A DNA stretch of 63,912 nucleotides, the filler included, from Reticulomyxa filosa (lineage: Eukaryota > Protista > Foraminifera): NCBI GenBank assembly GCA_000512085.1. It is 24 parts of 24 records of this genome, joined end to end, with 100 filler letters (N's around TTAATTAATTAA, not from the genome) between each part and the next. Parts side by side here need not be neighbours in the genome. Positions count along the whole stretch, not along the records: positions 11,980 to 15,137 come from ASPP01024342.1; positions 15,238 to 22,783 come from ASPP01002369.1; positions 22,884 to 24,814 come from ASPP01040547.1; positions 24,915 to 26,049 come from ASPP01044453.1; 20 more parts are not named here. The stretch is one strand, 5' to 3'. This document shows, piece after piece, positions 12,610 through 26,006 of this stretch (positions are counted from its first letter, which is position 1; every line of letters starts with the position of its first letter). The notes beneath the pieces were generated by a model. The model saw only the letters and a program-made list of their open reading frames with translations. It ran no database searches and was not told where the DNA came from. Made by a program: the position numbers and the translations under genes.

Positions 12610-15126
12610 TTTACTGTTTTATCGAATAAGAAATGAAAGTGTTTTGTTTGAAAAGCTTGATTAAAAGAAAAGTAGTGTGATATTAAATTTGTTTAATTTG
12701 ATTGAATGCAACTATTAAAAGAGTTGTTTTATCTTACTTTGTTTAAAAAAATTTAAAAGCATAACAAATAAAAATTGTATCCAAATATAAAACAAATTGC
12801 AAAATATTTTAAGCATGTTTTTTTTATAGCATTGAACACGATTGTTTTTGTAACATAAATTCTTTCTACTTCGAATCGAAATATCATTTAAAAATTTAAA
12901 ATATTGTTGTCATTGAATTTTTGCAAAGAATACAACAATAGATATAAAAAAAGGGAAAAGATGTCTTAAATTTGAAAGGCAGACAGCAAGGTAATAACAG
13001 AATCAATAAATGCACTTTGAAATGAATTAGATTAATCCTTATGAAAATCTTGCTCCAGTCGATTAAAAAAGAAATTATTTTAGAGTATATTAAATGATTT
13101 TGACTCCAAGTATGTTTGCATTTCTAAAAAGTAGTGCTTTTTTTTGTTAAGCTATTACCAGCTTTCTTTGTAGGCAGTTTCTTTTTTATCAGTTTGTTTG
13201 TCACCAAGCAATTTCTAAACAACGATAATTTAAGATTTTTAAATGTCCAATGCTATTTTTTTGTTTTTGTTTTAATTATAATATCAATTTCAGCTTTTAT
13301 CATCAATTCAATGTCAAGTAATACTATATTTATATCACGTAAAGAATACATAATGTAATGCAATGCATCAATTGATATTGCATTGATTAATTTGTTTTAA
13401 ACTGGATGCATTTTTATAGCTTCTGATATCATTTTTACACATAGAAGTTGTTCATTTCTGAAGCAAGATGTAGTGGTAAAAGCGCCAATTGTATTCGTTG
13501 CCCACAAGTTTATCCAAGAAAACAAAAACGAATGAATAAGGTAGAATTCAATCAAAAAAACAGAGTGTGTAAAAAAAACACCATGAGATCATAATTCTGT
13601 TAACGGAATGGAGGATGCGCATGTATATGTGATAATAATGATAAAGTGCTTATTTCAGGAAAGCGACATCACCTTGTAATGCATGTATACATTATAATGA
13701 AAGGATTTGGAAAAAATCAGTGTGCTTGCATGCAACAATTACAACATCAAACCAAGTGAGGAGATTAAAAATATAAACTTTGAATTTTTTTGTCTCCTAG
13801 CTTTTTTTGGTAATGTTTAAATTTAGATCAAAGTGATTTTAGGAAATAGCAGAGAAGGTATAATTGTAAAGAACAAATTACATGGCTAATGAAGATGAAT
13901 AAACAATTGTTACATTTCCAAGCTGTGAGATATGTGGATGTATCTCAAAATGAAATACAATTGCATCAGGCTCTACTGATTGCAATATTCGAATTTGGGG
14001 ATGATTAACATTCACACAAAGAAATTTTTCTTTTTATTTGTGCTCCTTTTGAATAAAATTTTTATTAATTTTGAACTTTGACATTTAAACAATTGAACAT
14101 TTTCTTCAAGTTCACTTTTTTCTTTTCTAAGTACTGAAATTCAAGTGTTTTTCTATAGTTACTGTTTAACACAGACCACTCATATTTTCATATTCGATCT
14201 ATCTCATTCGTCGTCTAAATTACTTAAAGCATTCACTGAAGATACTTTCTTTGTTTTTTTGCAAGCAATTGTATAGATCATCAATTCTATCATATAATCC
14301 TGAACAAAGAAATCATTTGTAAGGTAGTAGTGACTGCCAGGGTGTCTGACCTAAACAATTATTCTTTTTTCAGCGTTTTTGAAAATTTTATGAAGAAAAA
14401 TCTTTCCTAAAACTAAATCCTTGCCTTGCGTATTTCAAGGGTAATTTCGTTACCAATGTAATAAAAACAATTCATCTAGAAAAACGAAATCTAAAAAACT
14501 CGGAATTGCGGCACTATAAGAAACAAACGAAAAGGGCGTTTTTTGAAAGTAAAGATTGCATATCGTTTCGAGCAACACATTTTTGGTTTTGCTACTAGTA
14601 TTGTTTTCATAAAATTCTTGACAAACGTTCGTCACGTATTCACGCTGTGTTTGTAAGTCCCTCATGTGAAACATATTTTTGTCGTGTAAGCAAATTTTTG
14701 GAGTTTTTCACTGTCTCAGGCTGAATCGCATTAAAAAAAAAACATGTCAACAACTGACAATCCCAATAGGAATGGTTTTCAAATGGAACGACTTTTCCTT
14801 TTGTAAGGCAGAGTTAGCTTGTTTAAATTGCAAAAAAGATTGAAAAATGAGTGGCTATTTTTACCCATTGTTAATAAATTATGTGGAATATTACAAGAGC
14901 AAGTTACAATATTTTATGTCCTTAACACATGTACAAAGAATTTACGTGGTAAAAATTTCTTTCTATCATCACATAAATTTACTTGTTTTGCAATGCGCTA
15001 ACTTGTAATAAGAGCACAATCAGTTATCTCAAAAATAACAAATAATACAGATGAAAAATAGCAATGCCCTTTTTGGTAAATGAAGATTTTCACAAAAAAA
15101 TAGAGGAAATGATATCAAATTTCTTG

Positions 15127-15137
15127 TACAGTAGATT
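15127..15137 (+). mobile_element. Start of Tc1-like TIR truncated by contig end
   Basis: TA-CAGTAGATT, identical to the TIR start read inward from 44889. Confidence 0.45.
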
Positions 15138-16664
15138 NNNNNNNNNNNNNNNNNNNNNNNNNNNNNNNNNNNNNNNNNNNNTTAATTAATTAANNNNNNN
15201 NNNNNNNNNNNNNNNNNNNNNNNNNNNNNNNNNNNNNTTTTTTTTGTTTGACTTAACATTCTAGTTTTTTAAAATAGTGTAGTTAATATTTTCAAAAAGA
15301 AGCATAGTTTATGTTTGATTTTGTTTTAGGGCCCAAGCAAACTTTTGAGAATGTAAAGTGATTGTCATTTTCTCTGTAACGCACATTTATGAAATGTTTG
15401 TTTTGGGTTTTATCAGTTTAATTGATAGAAGTTGCAAAATATATTGCTACAATAGTTTCATAAATAAATGAATGTTCATATTTTTATTTTTTTCACTGTC
15501 ATCAATTGTTTGATTTACTATTTTTTTTATTTCCAGATTGCTAAAGAAGTCAGCTGCACAAAAGTAATTGAAAATCTTGAGAAAAATTATGTATTTTTTT
15601 TAGTTATCAATTGATAAAATGATTGATTAAAAATAAATTTTTGTTTGCTTGTTTGACGTGTAGATTGGCAATGGTTGTTCATGTAATTGTTAAGAGACTA
15701 TAGTCGCAAAATAAAATCTATCAAATAGTTTATTTCAAATGGTTTTTTTCTGATAAAATAATTATTTGACCAAATGTGCTTTTAGTTTTTGTTCTTTTAA
15801 GTGACCACTTGGAGCAAAACATAATTCAGCAGCATGGATTCTTTCTTTAAAATATTGTCACTGCTTTTTACTTATTTTGTACTGAAAATTGCCACAATTG
15901 CTAATATCTATCTCACAATTTTCGAAAGTTTTTATTTTTAAAGTGCTCTCTTTGCCACATAATTTCTTAATTAAACATTTTTCACGGAAACTAAACTAAG
16001 CAAAATATTCTCATAAACGGTTATTCTATTATCTTTCAAGCTTTTGAGGTAATTAAGTCTTTCGTGTTTTTCATTCTCAAAAGACGAGTATACACATTGA
16101 ATACCAAAAAATAACCATTGTCGAAAACGCATTCTAGTATGTGCGACACAAAATGTCACAAACCTAAAGTTAAAAAAAGTAATATCAATTGTTTACAAAA
16201 GTTAAAATAGTTTCGAAGTTGTAGAAAATTTAAAGCGGAAAAATGAATGTTGTACAGAGAGAATTTAAATTAAAAGAAGCAATATTGAAACAATTATGAC
16301 TCCATTCTGGGTTTAAATATCTAACAGAGCAATAGCATTTGAGGGCAAACAAAGACATGCATATGAAAAATATTCATACATATAACTCTGCTTTGTAATC
16401 TTAAGAATTTCTATAACATTAAAAAATTGACATGCTGTCATGACATTATTAAAGTTTGGAAAATTTGTGATGTATGTCAAACCAAAACGCTTTAATCATT
16501 AATAAGAAAAAGCAGACTAGCAAAGAATTTTTTTATACAAGCCAAAGTCAAATTGCAATTCATATAACTTTTTTCTATTTTTCCTAAGGCTGTTTGCAAC
16601 GTGTAAGAAGCCTACGGCACTTGTGAGAGACCTTGCATAAGAATTTTTTTTGAGAATCTGAAAG

Positions 16665-19017
16665 ATGGCCGATCAATCAAATAATCAGATAACAGATGCA
16701 ACACAACAAAATGCGGAGAGCACAAATAAAAAGCAAGAGGTGGTAAAAGCCAAAAAGGAGAACAAAAATATTGACTATAAACACCAGAAAGAAGACTTTG
16801 AATTAGGGAAATTGTTGGGCGGTGGTTCTTATGCGAAAGTGGTGGAGGGCAAAGTGACAAATCCGAACAGTCCATTTTTCAACAGCGAGTTTGCCGTGAA
16901 AATAATGGACAAGCGACACATTGTAAAAAACGATAAAGTGAAATATGTCAACATTGAAAAAAAAGTGTTTTTATTGACGAATCCTCATCCGTTTGTTTGC
17001 CACATGCATTTTGCCTTCCAAGACAACTATTCTTTGTGTACGTTCTTTTTTTTTTTTTCCTTCTATATGTTTTATTATTATTATTATTTTGAATTATTGT
17101 TATGATTACATATTATTATCATCTCTTTCAAAAAAAAAAAAATTTCTATATGCAATTGACATGAGAACTTTTTCTACCGCAATATCGCAAAAAAAAAAAA
17201 AAAAAGATTTGGTGTTGGACTTATGCACGGAAGGAGAGTTATCGTATTTAATATGGAAATATATGAAGTTGCCCGAAGACTTGACACGAGTATACATGTC
17301 CGAGGTTGTCTCTGCATTGGAGCTGATGCACAAAAACGGGCTGTATCATCGCGATTTAAAGCCAGAGAATATACTGCTTCACAAAGACGGGCACATTCGA
17401 TTGACCGATTTTGGCACTGCCAAAATTGTCGATTTGAACGATGAAAAGGAAAGAGACGCTCTATTGAAGCAAGAACAAGACTCCAATCAAGATTCCAAAT
17501 TTCACAAAGAGTTTTTTTTTTTGTTTTTGCTTCCCAAAAAAAAAAAAAATCCTCCAATCTATTTCTTCACCTTCCCCCCCCCTTTTTTATTCTTACTGGT
17601 TTGTTTGTAACCTAATAATGAGGCAATCAAATAAAAATAATGCAAAAAAAAAAAAGACGCAAAGGGTCATTTGTGGGTACGGCGTTGTATGTACCTCCAG
17701 AAATGCTTGGTGAAAAGCCTTTTTCATTTGCCGGGTATGTTTTGATTTGTTATTTTTTGGGGAGGGGGGGGGAAAGGGGTCCGAAAAGTTGAAAAGGGCA
17801 CTGGGCCCCGTGCGCGGTGACATAGTTGGGACAAAGTTGTGTTTGTTGATGGAAAAACTGAAAAGAATGGACTTTTGGGCACTTGGTTGCATCATTTATC
17901 AATGTTTAGTTGGAAAAGCACCTTTCACTGGTGCCAATGAATACTTGGTGTTTAAGGCAATCGAGGGCCATGAATACGAGGTGCCTGACTTTCTCTCAAC
18001 TAATGCTACTGATATTATTGCCAAATTATTGGTATGTGCATAGAACAGAGAGAGACTGATTACGATAGATAATATGCATATGTGTACATATATGCATATA
18101 CAATACATATATATATATATGTGTATATGATATATCATATAATATATGTACATGCAACAATGGACATGTGAGAAAATTGTTTTGATGAAATGTTGTCCTC
18201 TCTTTTTCGACAATGCACAGAATCCAAATTTCAAAGACAGATTGGGAATGAAAGGCTTCGACGAGATAAAACAACACCCATTCTTTGCAGGAGTGGAATG
18301 GGAATGGGAACAAATGCAAGCCAAGCAGATACCATCACTACCGAAAACTCCTCCTAATTCCCTGCTTTGCAGTCGGCAACACGTGATGAACGCAGTGAAA
18401 GCGGGTGGGAAGATATGAGTGATTTGAAGGATGCCCAAGTCGTGTCTCCCACTGTCAATGCTATTGCCACCGCCACCACCACCTCCAGTGCGTCTGCCAA
18501 TACGCCTGCTACTGATACCAACGACACTCTTTTTGGCAAATGGTTTGTCCCATATTCCAACGTGCATGAAATACACGTATACGTTGTACAAAACATTTTT
18601 TCACACTACACTCTGTTTCTATCACATTTAGGAAAAAACTTCTCGTGAATGAAGAGACCATTGATTTTGGGAGCCAAATCGAAGTCTCAAAATGTGGGGC
18701 TTGTCTGCTGATTCTTGTGTGATGCTGATTACCAATAAAAATCGCTTTGTTCTCATTGATCACTCTAAAATGAAAATTAAATTTGACATACCTTTGTCCA
18801 CGGTCACCAAAATTATTGTTTCAGACAAACAAATTTTTACACTTGAAACAGTTTTGTTTTGTTTGCTTTGTTTTTTAACAAATGCCTTATAATACATACA
18901 ATTTGCAATGTGTTTTTTATGGAAAAACAATAGTCCAAAAAAACACACAAAATGAAAACTATTGGAGCTACTGCTCAACAGTGGTATGATATTGTTTACC
19001 CACGCTTGAAGGCCTGA
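16665..19017 (+). CDS. PDK1: 3-phosphoinositide-dependent protein kinase 1 (kinase plus PH domain)
   Basis: [65 protein letters not shown] and a C-terminal PH-like region; introns 17038-17206, 17511-17656, 17735-17865, 18032-18220 restore the frame; two 1-nt frameshifts (~18358, ~18691). Confidence 0.9.
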
Positions 19018-19829
19018 GCTGTTAGTTTGCGTGCTCGTTGTACAGTGATTTTGTTGTTGTTGTTGTCATTGCTGATCTCTCTCCTTATCCCCAGATTTCT
19101 GTGACTCCTTGCACAAAAAAGAAAACAGGACATTGTTGGTTGGTCTAATGACAACAATTTCCACTGTAAAATTAGGCAAAATGAAAATACCAAAAGGTCT
19201 GCGCCGTACAACATAATTTGCACATACTTCCAATATCTTTTCAGTTTTTTAAAGACTAAACTGACGAAAAAAGCTTTTCAGTTTTTACTATGAATTCATT
19301 AAACAAAGTCATTTTTAATTTTTTTTCACTTAACAATTTTCAAGTCAGCTTGTTTCAAAAAAAATTGTGTTGATACTTTTTCGTTTAGGAGTATTTTTTA
19401 TGTATTATTACCTTGAAAGAAATTGACATTAGCAAATTAAGAAAAAAAATCTTTACAAGTTTGCGCTTGGTGTTGATTGTAGGCGAAAAAGAAGACAACA
19501 AATTGATGTAAAAAAAAGGATTTGTATAAGCGATTCAATATAAAAACAAATAAACAAAAACGAGTGCCTTTTAACCTTAGTTGAGAATATATTTTGAATG
19601 AAGGTCCAAATGTAAACAACTATTCATGACATTGTTTCCCACAACAGAAAAGAAGAAAACAACATCTTAAGAAAACTAACCATAAACAATAACAATAACA
19701 TACTAGGACTGCAAAAAAAATAAAAAATTATGTCCGAACTCATCTCAAAAACAATCCCCTGAAAACCACATTTGCAGGAGTATATATCAAATGAGTGAAA
19801 ACAAAACAAAAATAAGAAGGAGAAAAAAA

Positions 19830-21727
19830 TTACAATTCAATAACCGATTGCTTTATCTGATGAATCCTTTCAAGTAAACTTTGAAAGTCTTTTTCTAAAG
19901 AGAGATTTTGAATTATGTCAATTTCAGTTTTAATTTTCCCTAAAATGACTTGTTGTGTTTCATTTTGATTTTTGACTTCGAGATTTTGTTTTTTATTTTT
20001 GTGGAGAGCTTCTGTTTTTCCGCGGTCACGTGAACGTGGATAATTGGAAGTGAATTGGTTTTCGTCGGTATCCTCATCTTCCATATTCCACTCCGTGGCA
20101 ATGGGATAAGATAACCGAATATTGTTTGATTGAGCCGCATTGTTAATTTCCCCTGCATCCGCATCGATATCTGTATCTGCTTCCTCTTTGTCATTCATCA
20201 AATTGGATCGCGTTTGGTTCAGTCCTTGCAACTGGATTTGAGTGTGATACCACTCAATCACTTGTCGGTGTTGGTGCACATGCAGGCATTGCCGTTTGTA
20301 ATAGCGTTCCAGCCGCGATCCAAATTCACTAAATTTGGATTCCAACTCTCGTTTGATATTTGCCAGTTCTTGTTCCAGTACTTTTTGATATTCTACTTTT
20401 TGCACTCGCATCTCTATCATAGGATTAAAAAAAAAAACTTAGTAAAGGTAGGGGAGGGAGTTATAAAACAAACAATTAAAAAAAAAAAAAAAAAAAGTGT
20501 GGTACAAGATCATGAATGTACTCAGAATAACCTTTTTCTTTGGTGACATAATCGGGAAAGTTGTACTTTTGTTCAATGGGAGTAGCAGGTGGGGTGGTAG
20601 CCGGTGGTGGAGGGACATCTAACAATGTGCCAACCTGAATAAAGGGAACCCGTTTTGCAGATTCATTATTAGGTTTGTTGGAACCAGATTGGACTGGATG
20701 CTTTTTGGCCCGCTTTGGTGATTTCTTTGTTTTTTTTTCTTGTCGTTGTCTTTGCCTGTATGTGGCGATTCATCACTGCTAGTTGTTGTGACCGCCGTTA
20801 TTGCTCCCATGTTCTCTCTGCACTCATTTAATACACATAACGTATACATACATATATGCATATAACACATATATATATATTTAAAAAATTATATTGTGCA
20901 ACAAAAAACAAACAAAGCGGCACATTATGGCATATATTTATTACATTACGTTTTTGCTTTCATTAATGTCACACATTTTGAAATACAGAAGGAAGCGAAG
21001 GGGGGGAAGGGAGAGTTTTGTTTTCAAAAAAAAAAAAAAAAGAAACCTCAGTTCAGAATCGAAAGAACGTGCAGATGAGACTTGAGAAGAAGGATTTGTA
21101 ATGGACACAGCAGTTGTTGTGGTAGCAACGTTGCTATTGTCATGAGCCACTTTATGAATGGACGCATTGGTGGTAGTGTGGTGTACGTTGAACGTGTTGT
21201 GCTTGTTAAGATTGGGACGTGCTACTGTTGCTGCTCCCCCTCCTCCCCCCTCCTCCTCCTCCAATTTGTGTGTTTGTGTTGATCATGTGCACCATTGACG
21301 TTGGAAATTCTATTTGATGCTCGTTCGAAGTCGGCGTCGTGGTGCTGTCGGCGATGATCGGAATTCGCTGCTTTCGATCATCGATTCTTATAGTTTGGGT
21401 GTTGCTCTTCACCTTTGTCTTTTCTTCATGCTCCGAGTTACCTGACACATTCAACACCGAGTACATTTGAGGGCTTGCTTTCGCCAAGTAATGGATCCTC
21501 GCTCGCTCCAAACGATCCAATAAATGCGGGATGTTGCCTATTGGTGTCCACGTTTTCACTGTTATGCCATCCCACACATACGTTCGGTCGAACAAGTCTC
21601 CTGAACAATATCCACTTATCATCTCTTCAATTGTACAAGGACCACGGCTAGTCCCAAACTTATCCACGTAGTGCCATGATTCTGTCATTGCTTTCACTGT
21701 TTCTAACTCCTTTTCCGTCAACTGCAA
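19830..21727 (-). CDS. GYF_2 (DUF4339-like) domain protein with low-complexity middle and coiled coil; start uncertain (ATG 21688 likely)
   Basis: WHYVDKFGTSRGPCTIEEM...TYVWDGITVKTWTPIGNIPHL; further same-strand exons separated by GT-AG introns. Confidence 0.65.
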
Positions 21728-22163
21728 ATCAAATATCGCTAAGCTTACCCAAGATTTTTAAAAATAAATGATATGAAACTAGAAGTCTAAAAGAAATCGA
21801 AACGAGAAAAAAACATATGAACAAATAACAAAAAGCAGAACGTTTTTAGTACATGTTTCTAGCTAAGACTGTCCCTATCGTTAAAAAAACTGTTTTTTAT
21901 TCAGACCAGCTGATTATTACACTGTATTTCACTTAAAACAGAAAAATCATCACTTTATGATTGCCAATTACAAACATTTCTTGGAGACAAAGTAATTTTT
22001 GAAATGTAGATTAAAGTGTGTGAATGATAAACAATTGATTGAATTGGATTTATTTTGGTAACTTAAATTTTTTTTTATAAAAAAGAATCGTCAACCTTTG
22101 TGTGTTGAAAAACAGTTGCCCTTTGCAGTCTTTTTGGGGTGAAGTCAAGTTTTTTTAAAAGTA

Positions 22164-22783
22164 ATGCATCTTTCCCATCTTCCAGAACCCAGTCGAGCAA
22201 TAATTTTGACAGAATTTTGTGAACGTTGTGCGTATTATGGGATTTCTTCTTCGTTACAGTTATTTTTACGAAGCTGTTTAAAAACAGGTAGTGCAGAAGC
22301 AGTAGTTACAGTAAATATGTTTTCTGCAATATGTTATTTATCTCCATTACATATTGCAGATCATTATACGGAAAATATGAAGAATTTTATTTTCATTATT
22401 TGTATATGCATTTAGTATTGCAATAGTAACAATTCTTGCATTTATATATGAATAACTTTATCTTAATCGTTTTTTATTTGTTGGATTTGAGATTATTTTT
22501 TTATATTATTGATATTTTTGGGTTTTGGTTATGTGTATATAAATATATAATTATGTATTATTATTATTAAAAAAAATGAACAAATAAATAAATAAAATAA
22601 AAAGGGACGGGTGGAATAAAAGGGAATGTATTTCCATTTGGCAGTGATCAATTGGGCGAACATTCACTTTCATATAATGATCAATTCAAATTATTTTCTA
22701 ATTGGTTTTATTTTAGTATCAATATTGGTGCATTATTAACATATACATTTATTGCTTATTTATGTCAAGATATTGCATTTGGT
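22164..22783 (+). CDS. POT/PTR oligopeptide transporter, 5' part, possibly decaying
   Basis: EFCERCAYYG (ExxERxxYYG), GTGGIKGNVFPFGSDQ, NWFYFSINIGALL; frame disruption near 22350-22420. Confidence 0.8.
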
Positions 22784-22939
22784 NNNNNNNNNNNNNNNNN
22801 NNNNNNNNNNNNNNNNNNNNNNNNNNNTTAATTAATTAANNNNNNNNNNNNNNNNNNNNNNNNNNNNNNNNNNNNNNNNNNNNGTTGAACCAAACACAAC
22901 TATGATAACACAAGGTACGTACAATTTTTTTTTTTTTTT

Positions 22940-24050
22940 TGGTAATGACCTTGGAAATTTTTCATACATCCTGACTTCCATTATGACAGCTGATCCACCA
23001 ATCATCGAGATCGATTTCCGCCATTACTTCTCCGCAACTAGGGTTGGCCACGCTGATTCATTTTACAACAACCTGATCCAATCCAACACGGTCGCCGACT
23101 TGATGTTTTTATTTTTTGGGTCGATCTTACCATCATCATTGTCGGCTACTCCGACATCATTGCAAAGTGCGAACGCATCCAAAGGCGTTGGACAAATATT
23201 TTCCGCGATATTGCGCTTCGCACAGAAATAGCCTCTTGAGTCACGGCAGTCAAAGTACATCTTCATATCTACGCTGCCGTTGTTCACATCAATGGCCACT
23301 CATCCAATTCGATGCCAACACTTCTTCATCTTTGAAATGTATTGGACCAACAATCTAGCTATCTATTTGATTTGATGAAATATAACAATTAATTGTATAC
23401 GTACATATGTACATATATATTGTTTTTCAAAACTACAGGCGTCCTTTCAGTTCGAATTCGATCTCCAACCAATATCTGAATATCTTGTACGCTACGAAAT
23501 CAGCAGCGAATCAAGTTGAATGCATTGAGCGCGAGCCACTTTTTTGCATTAAAGTACTGGACTCCGCTGTTGCAATTTCACTAAAGTTCCAATCCAATCC
23601 CGATCACATTCTCAAACTTTTCTCCACTTTCTCTGGAGTAGACCGTCCCTTTCCAAACTACTGTGCATTTCCCTTCGCTCGTGCGGACTTAGCTTGGTCT
23701 ATTCTATAACATTGCTGACTTGCTTTGGCTGGTGAATCTCAACTTTACAACACATGCATCTCCATTTTCCAATCCGGCTATATAATCAAATTGAACTAAA
23801 CATCCATTTTTTCAACGCCAAATTTACTACTCTTGATATCACAAATTTGGACTTACTTTGACAGGCTTGACTATCCTTTTACAGTCTTTTCCGTCATGAG
23901 CCACTATGTCCATTTACCAATTCCAAGCCAATCAAGTCATCGCATTTGCCAAAGAAGGGTCCAACGAACTTGACCTCGCCGATTCTGCCACGTGAACTTT
24001 GATTGTGGCTTTTTGCTTCCGTCGAAGCCGACGATGCGCAATAGCGCATT
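22940..24050 (-). pseudogene. Tandem CAP-Gly domain pseudogene
   Basis: GEVKFVGP...IGLEL..HDG; VGDRI; IVGPIHF...VGIELDEW..NNGSVDMKMYFDCRDSRGYF (~23360-23210); QVGDRV...HNGS; frameshifts and stops. Confidence 0.7.
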
Positions 24051-24400
24051 TTTCTTTTTCAATTCCCCTCCCCTTTCCATTTCTCATTTTTTAATTTTTT
24101 TCATCTTTTTTTTTTTCTTTTTTTCCAATTTTCTTTTTTTCCAATTTGCATTTTTTTTTCTTTTTTCTTTTTATTTCAACATTTTTAATATTTTTCTTTC
24201 TTTTTTATTTTCTCATTTTTAATTTTTTTTTTTTTTCTAATTTTTTCCAATCTTTTTTATCATTTTTTCTTTCTTTTTTCTCATTTTTTCCCACTTTTTC
24301 CCCACTTTTTTCCCACTTTTTCCCCACTTTCCCCCTTTTTCTTCAATTATTTTTCCCATCCCTTTCTTCCACTAAATCCTCCCTATCCATCTCATTACAA
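24047..24400 (+). repeat. Long pyrimidine-rich low-complexity tract with TTTTTCCC(C)AC units
   Basis: About 350 bp almost free of G on the + strand; four TTTTTCCC(C)AC copies at ~24285-24330. Confidence 0.85.
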
Positions 24401-24968
24401 ACAAAATAAAAAACAATAAACTTTTCATTCTTTTCTTGACCTTTGCAATACTATAAACACAATCACAAATTAAATATTTTTTTTGATTTTTTAAAGAAAA
24501 AAAAAACAACATACTTTTGAGCGGAGTTAGAAGCTTTAATTCCAATCAACCTATCTTTTTTTTCTTTTGTCGGGGGGACACATATAATTTTTTGTTGTGG
24601 ATCATGTCTATTTAAACACATACAAACATTTGATAAAAAAAACATAAAAATAAAAATAATTACAAACCATTTTAGTTTTTTTCCAATGAGATGGTGGCTG
24701 CAACACATAAGTTTTTCTTTGAAGTGAAGGGGAGGGGGGACGTATACTTTTTTTTAATATGAGGGCTGCGGCTATTATAAAAAAACCAAAGTTAATTAAA
24801 AAAAAAAAATTATANNNNNNNNNNNNNNNNNNNNNNNNNNNNNNNNNNNNNNNNNNNNTTAATTAATTAANNNNNNNNNNNNNNNNNNNNNNNNNNNNNN
24901 NNNNNNNNNNNNNNAAAAAAATTTTTTTTTTTTTTTTTTTTTTTTTTGGAAAAAAAAAGAAAACAAAC

Positions 24969-26006
24969 TTGTCTGCGCAAAGCATGGAAGAAATTGGCAG
25001 GAGTGGTACAATTGAGAATTTGCCAGTTGATGTCCTGCAGTTGTTCGAGATGGTTAAGCGTCAATTCGTCGGGATTGTCGTTGCAACATTGCAGGAATCT
25101 CTCCATGCGTGCGCTGGAATGTTCCGGACCACCTGACTCATAGCCATGTGGCAACAGACACACGAGCCCGGACGATCGAAGCCACTTGGATTCGGCGCTC
25201 GAAATGAACTGATCAAAGACAACTTGCGCCCCATTGGCAAAGTCTCCAAACTGCGCCTCCCAAATCACCAACGCGTTGGGATGCTCCGTTGAATATCCAT
25301 ATTCAAATCCAAGCACGGCCAGTTCACTCAAGTTGCTGTTCGATACATGGAACTCGCCCGTGGCACCTGGGATGTGACAAAGCGGCCGATATTGCGGTCT
25401 GTGTTGTGCAGTCACATCTTTTTGCTCGTGGATCACCGCATGTCGATGCGAAAACGTGCCTCTTTCCGTGTCTTGTCCAGACAATCGTACATGATATCCT
25501 TCTAACAACAATGATCCAAACGCCAGCGCTTCACCAGTGCCCCTATATACATATATACATAAATATATATATGTATATATGCATATATGTATATTTATTT
25601 ATTTATTTGTATTGTCCATTTCCCAATAATATAATATCAATATTAAAAAAAGTAATGTCAAAATGACAAACCAATCAATGCCGTCTCCTTCTTCAATGGA
25701 TTGCTTTTTTTTCTCCAAAATTTTTTTCAGGTTGCGATGGACGGTGAAGCCTTCAGGCAGAGCAGTCAAGGCAATGCCGATTTTTTTGGCCACGTCTTCG
25801 GTGATGGCAGTGCTCATTTCCGTGGCGGTGCGCTGATGTCCGGACATCTTGGTCCAGTTTTGTCCGAGCCAGTCCGGGTTTCCTTCCTTATACGTGCTCG
25901 ACTTTTCATACGACTCGTTCAGAATGCCAACAATGCGGTCTTCCATTCCCTTGATTTCCTCGGGAGTTATCACTTTCTCCTCGATTAATTTTTTCTTGTA
26001 TCTTTC
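24969..26006 (-). CDS. OGDH: 2-oxoglutarate dehydrogenase E1 component, internal fragment
   Basis: IDW|[85 protein letters not shown]; spliceosomal introns show it is eukaryotic. Confidence 0.95.

Noticed and set aside
24285-24335. Telomeric repeat
   Set aside because: Units are irregular, internal, and not of CnAn/TnGn type
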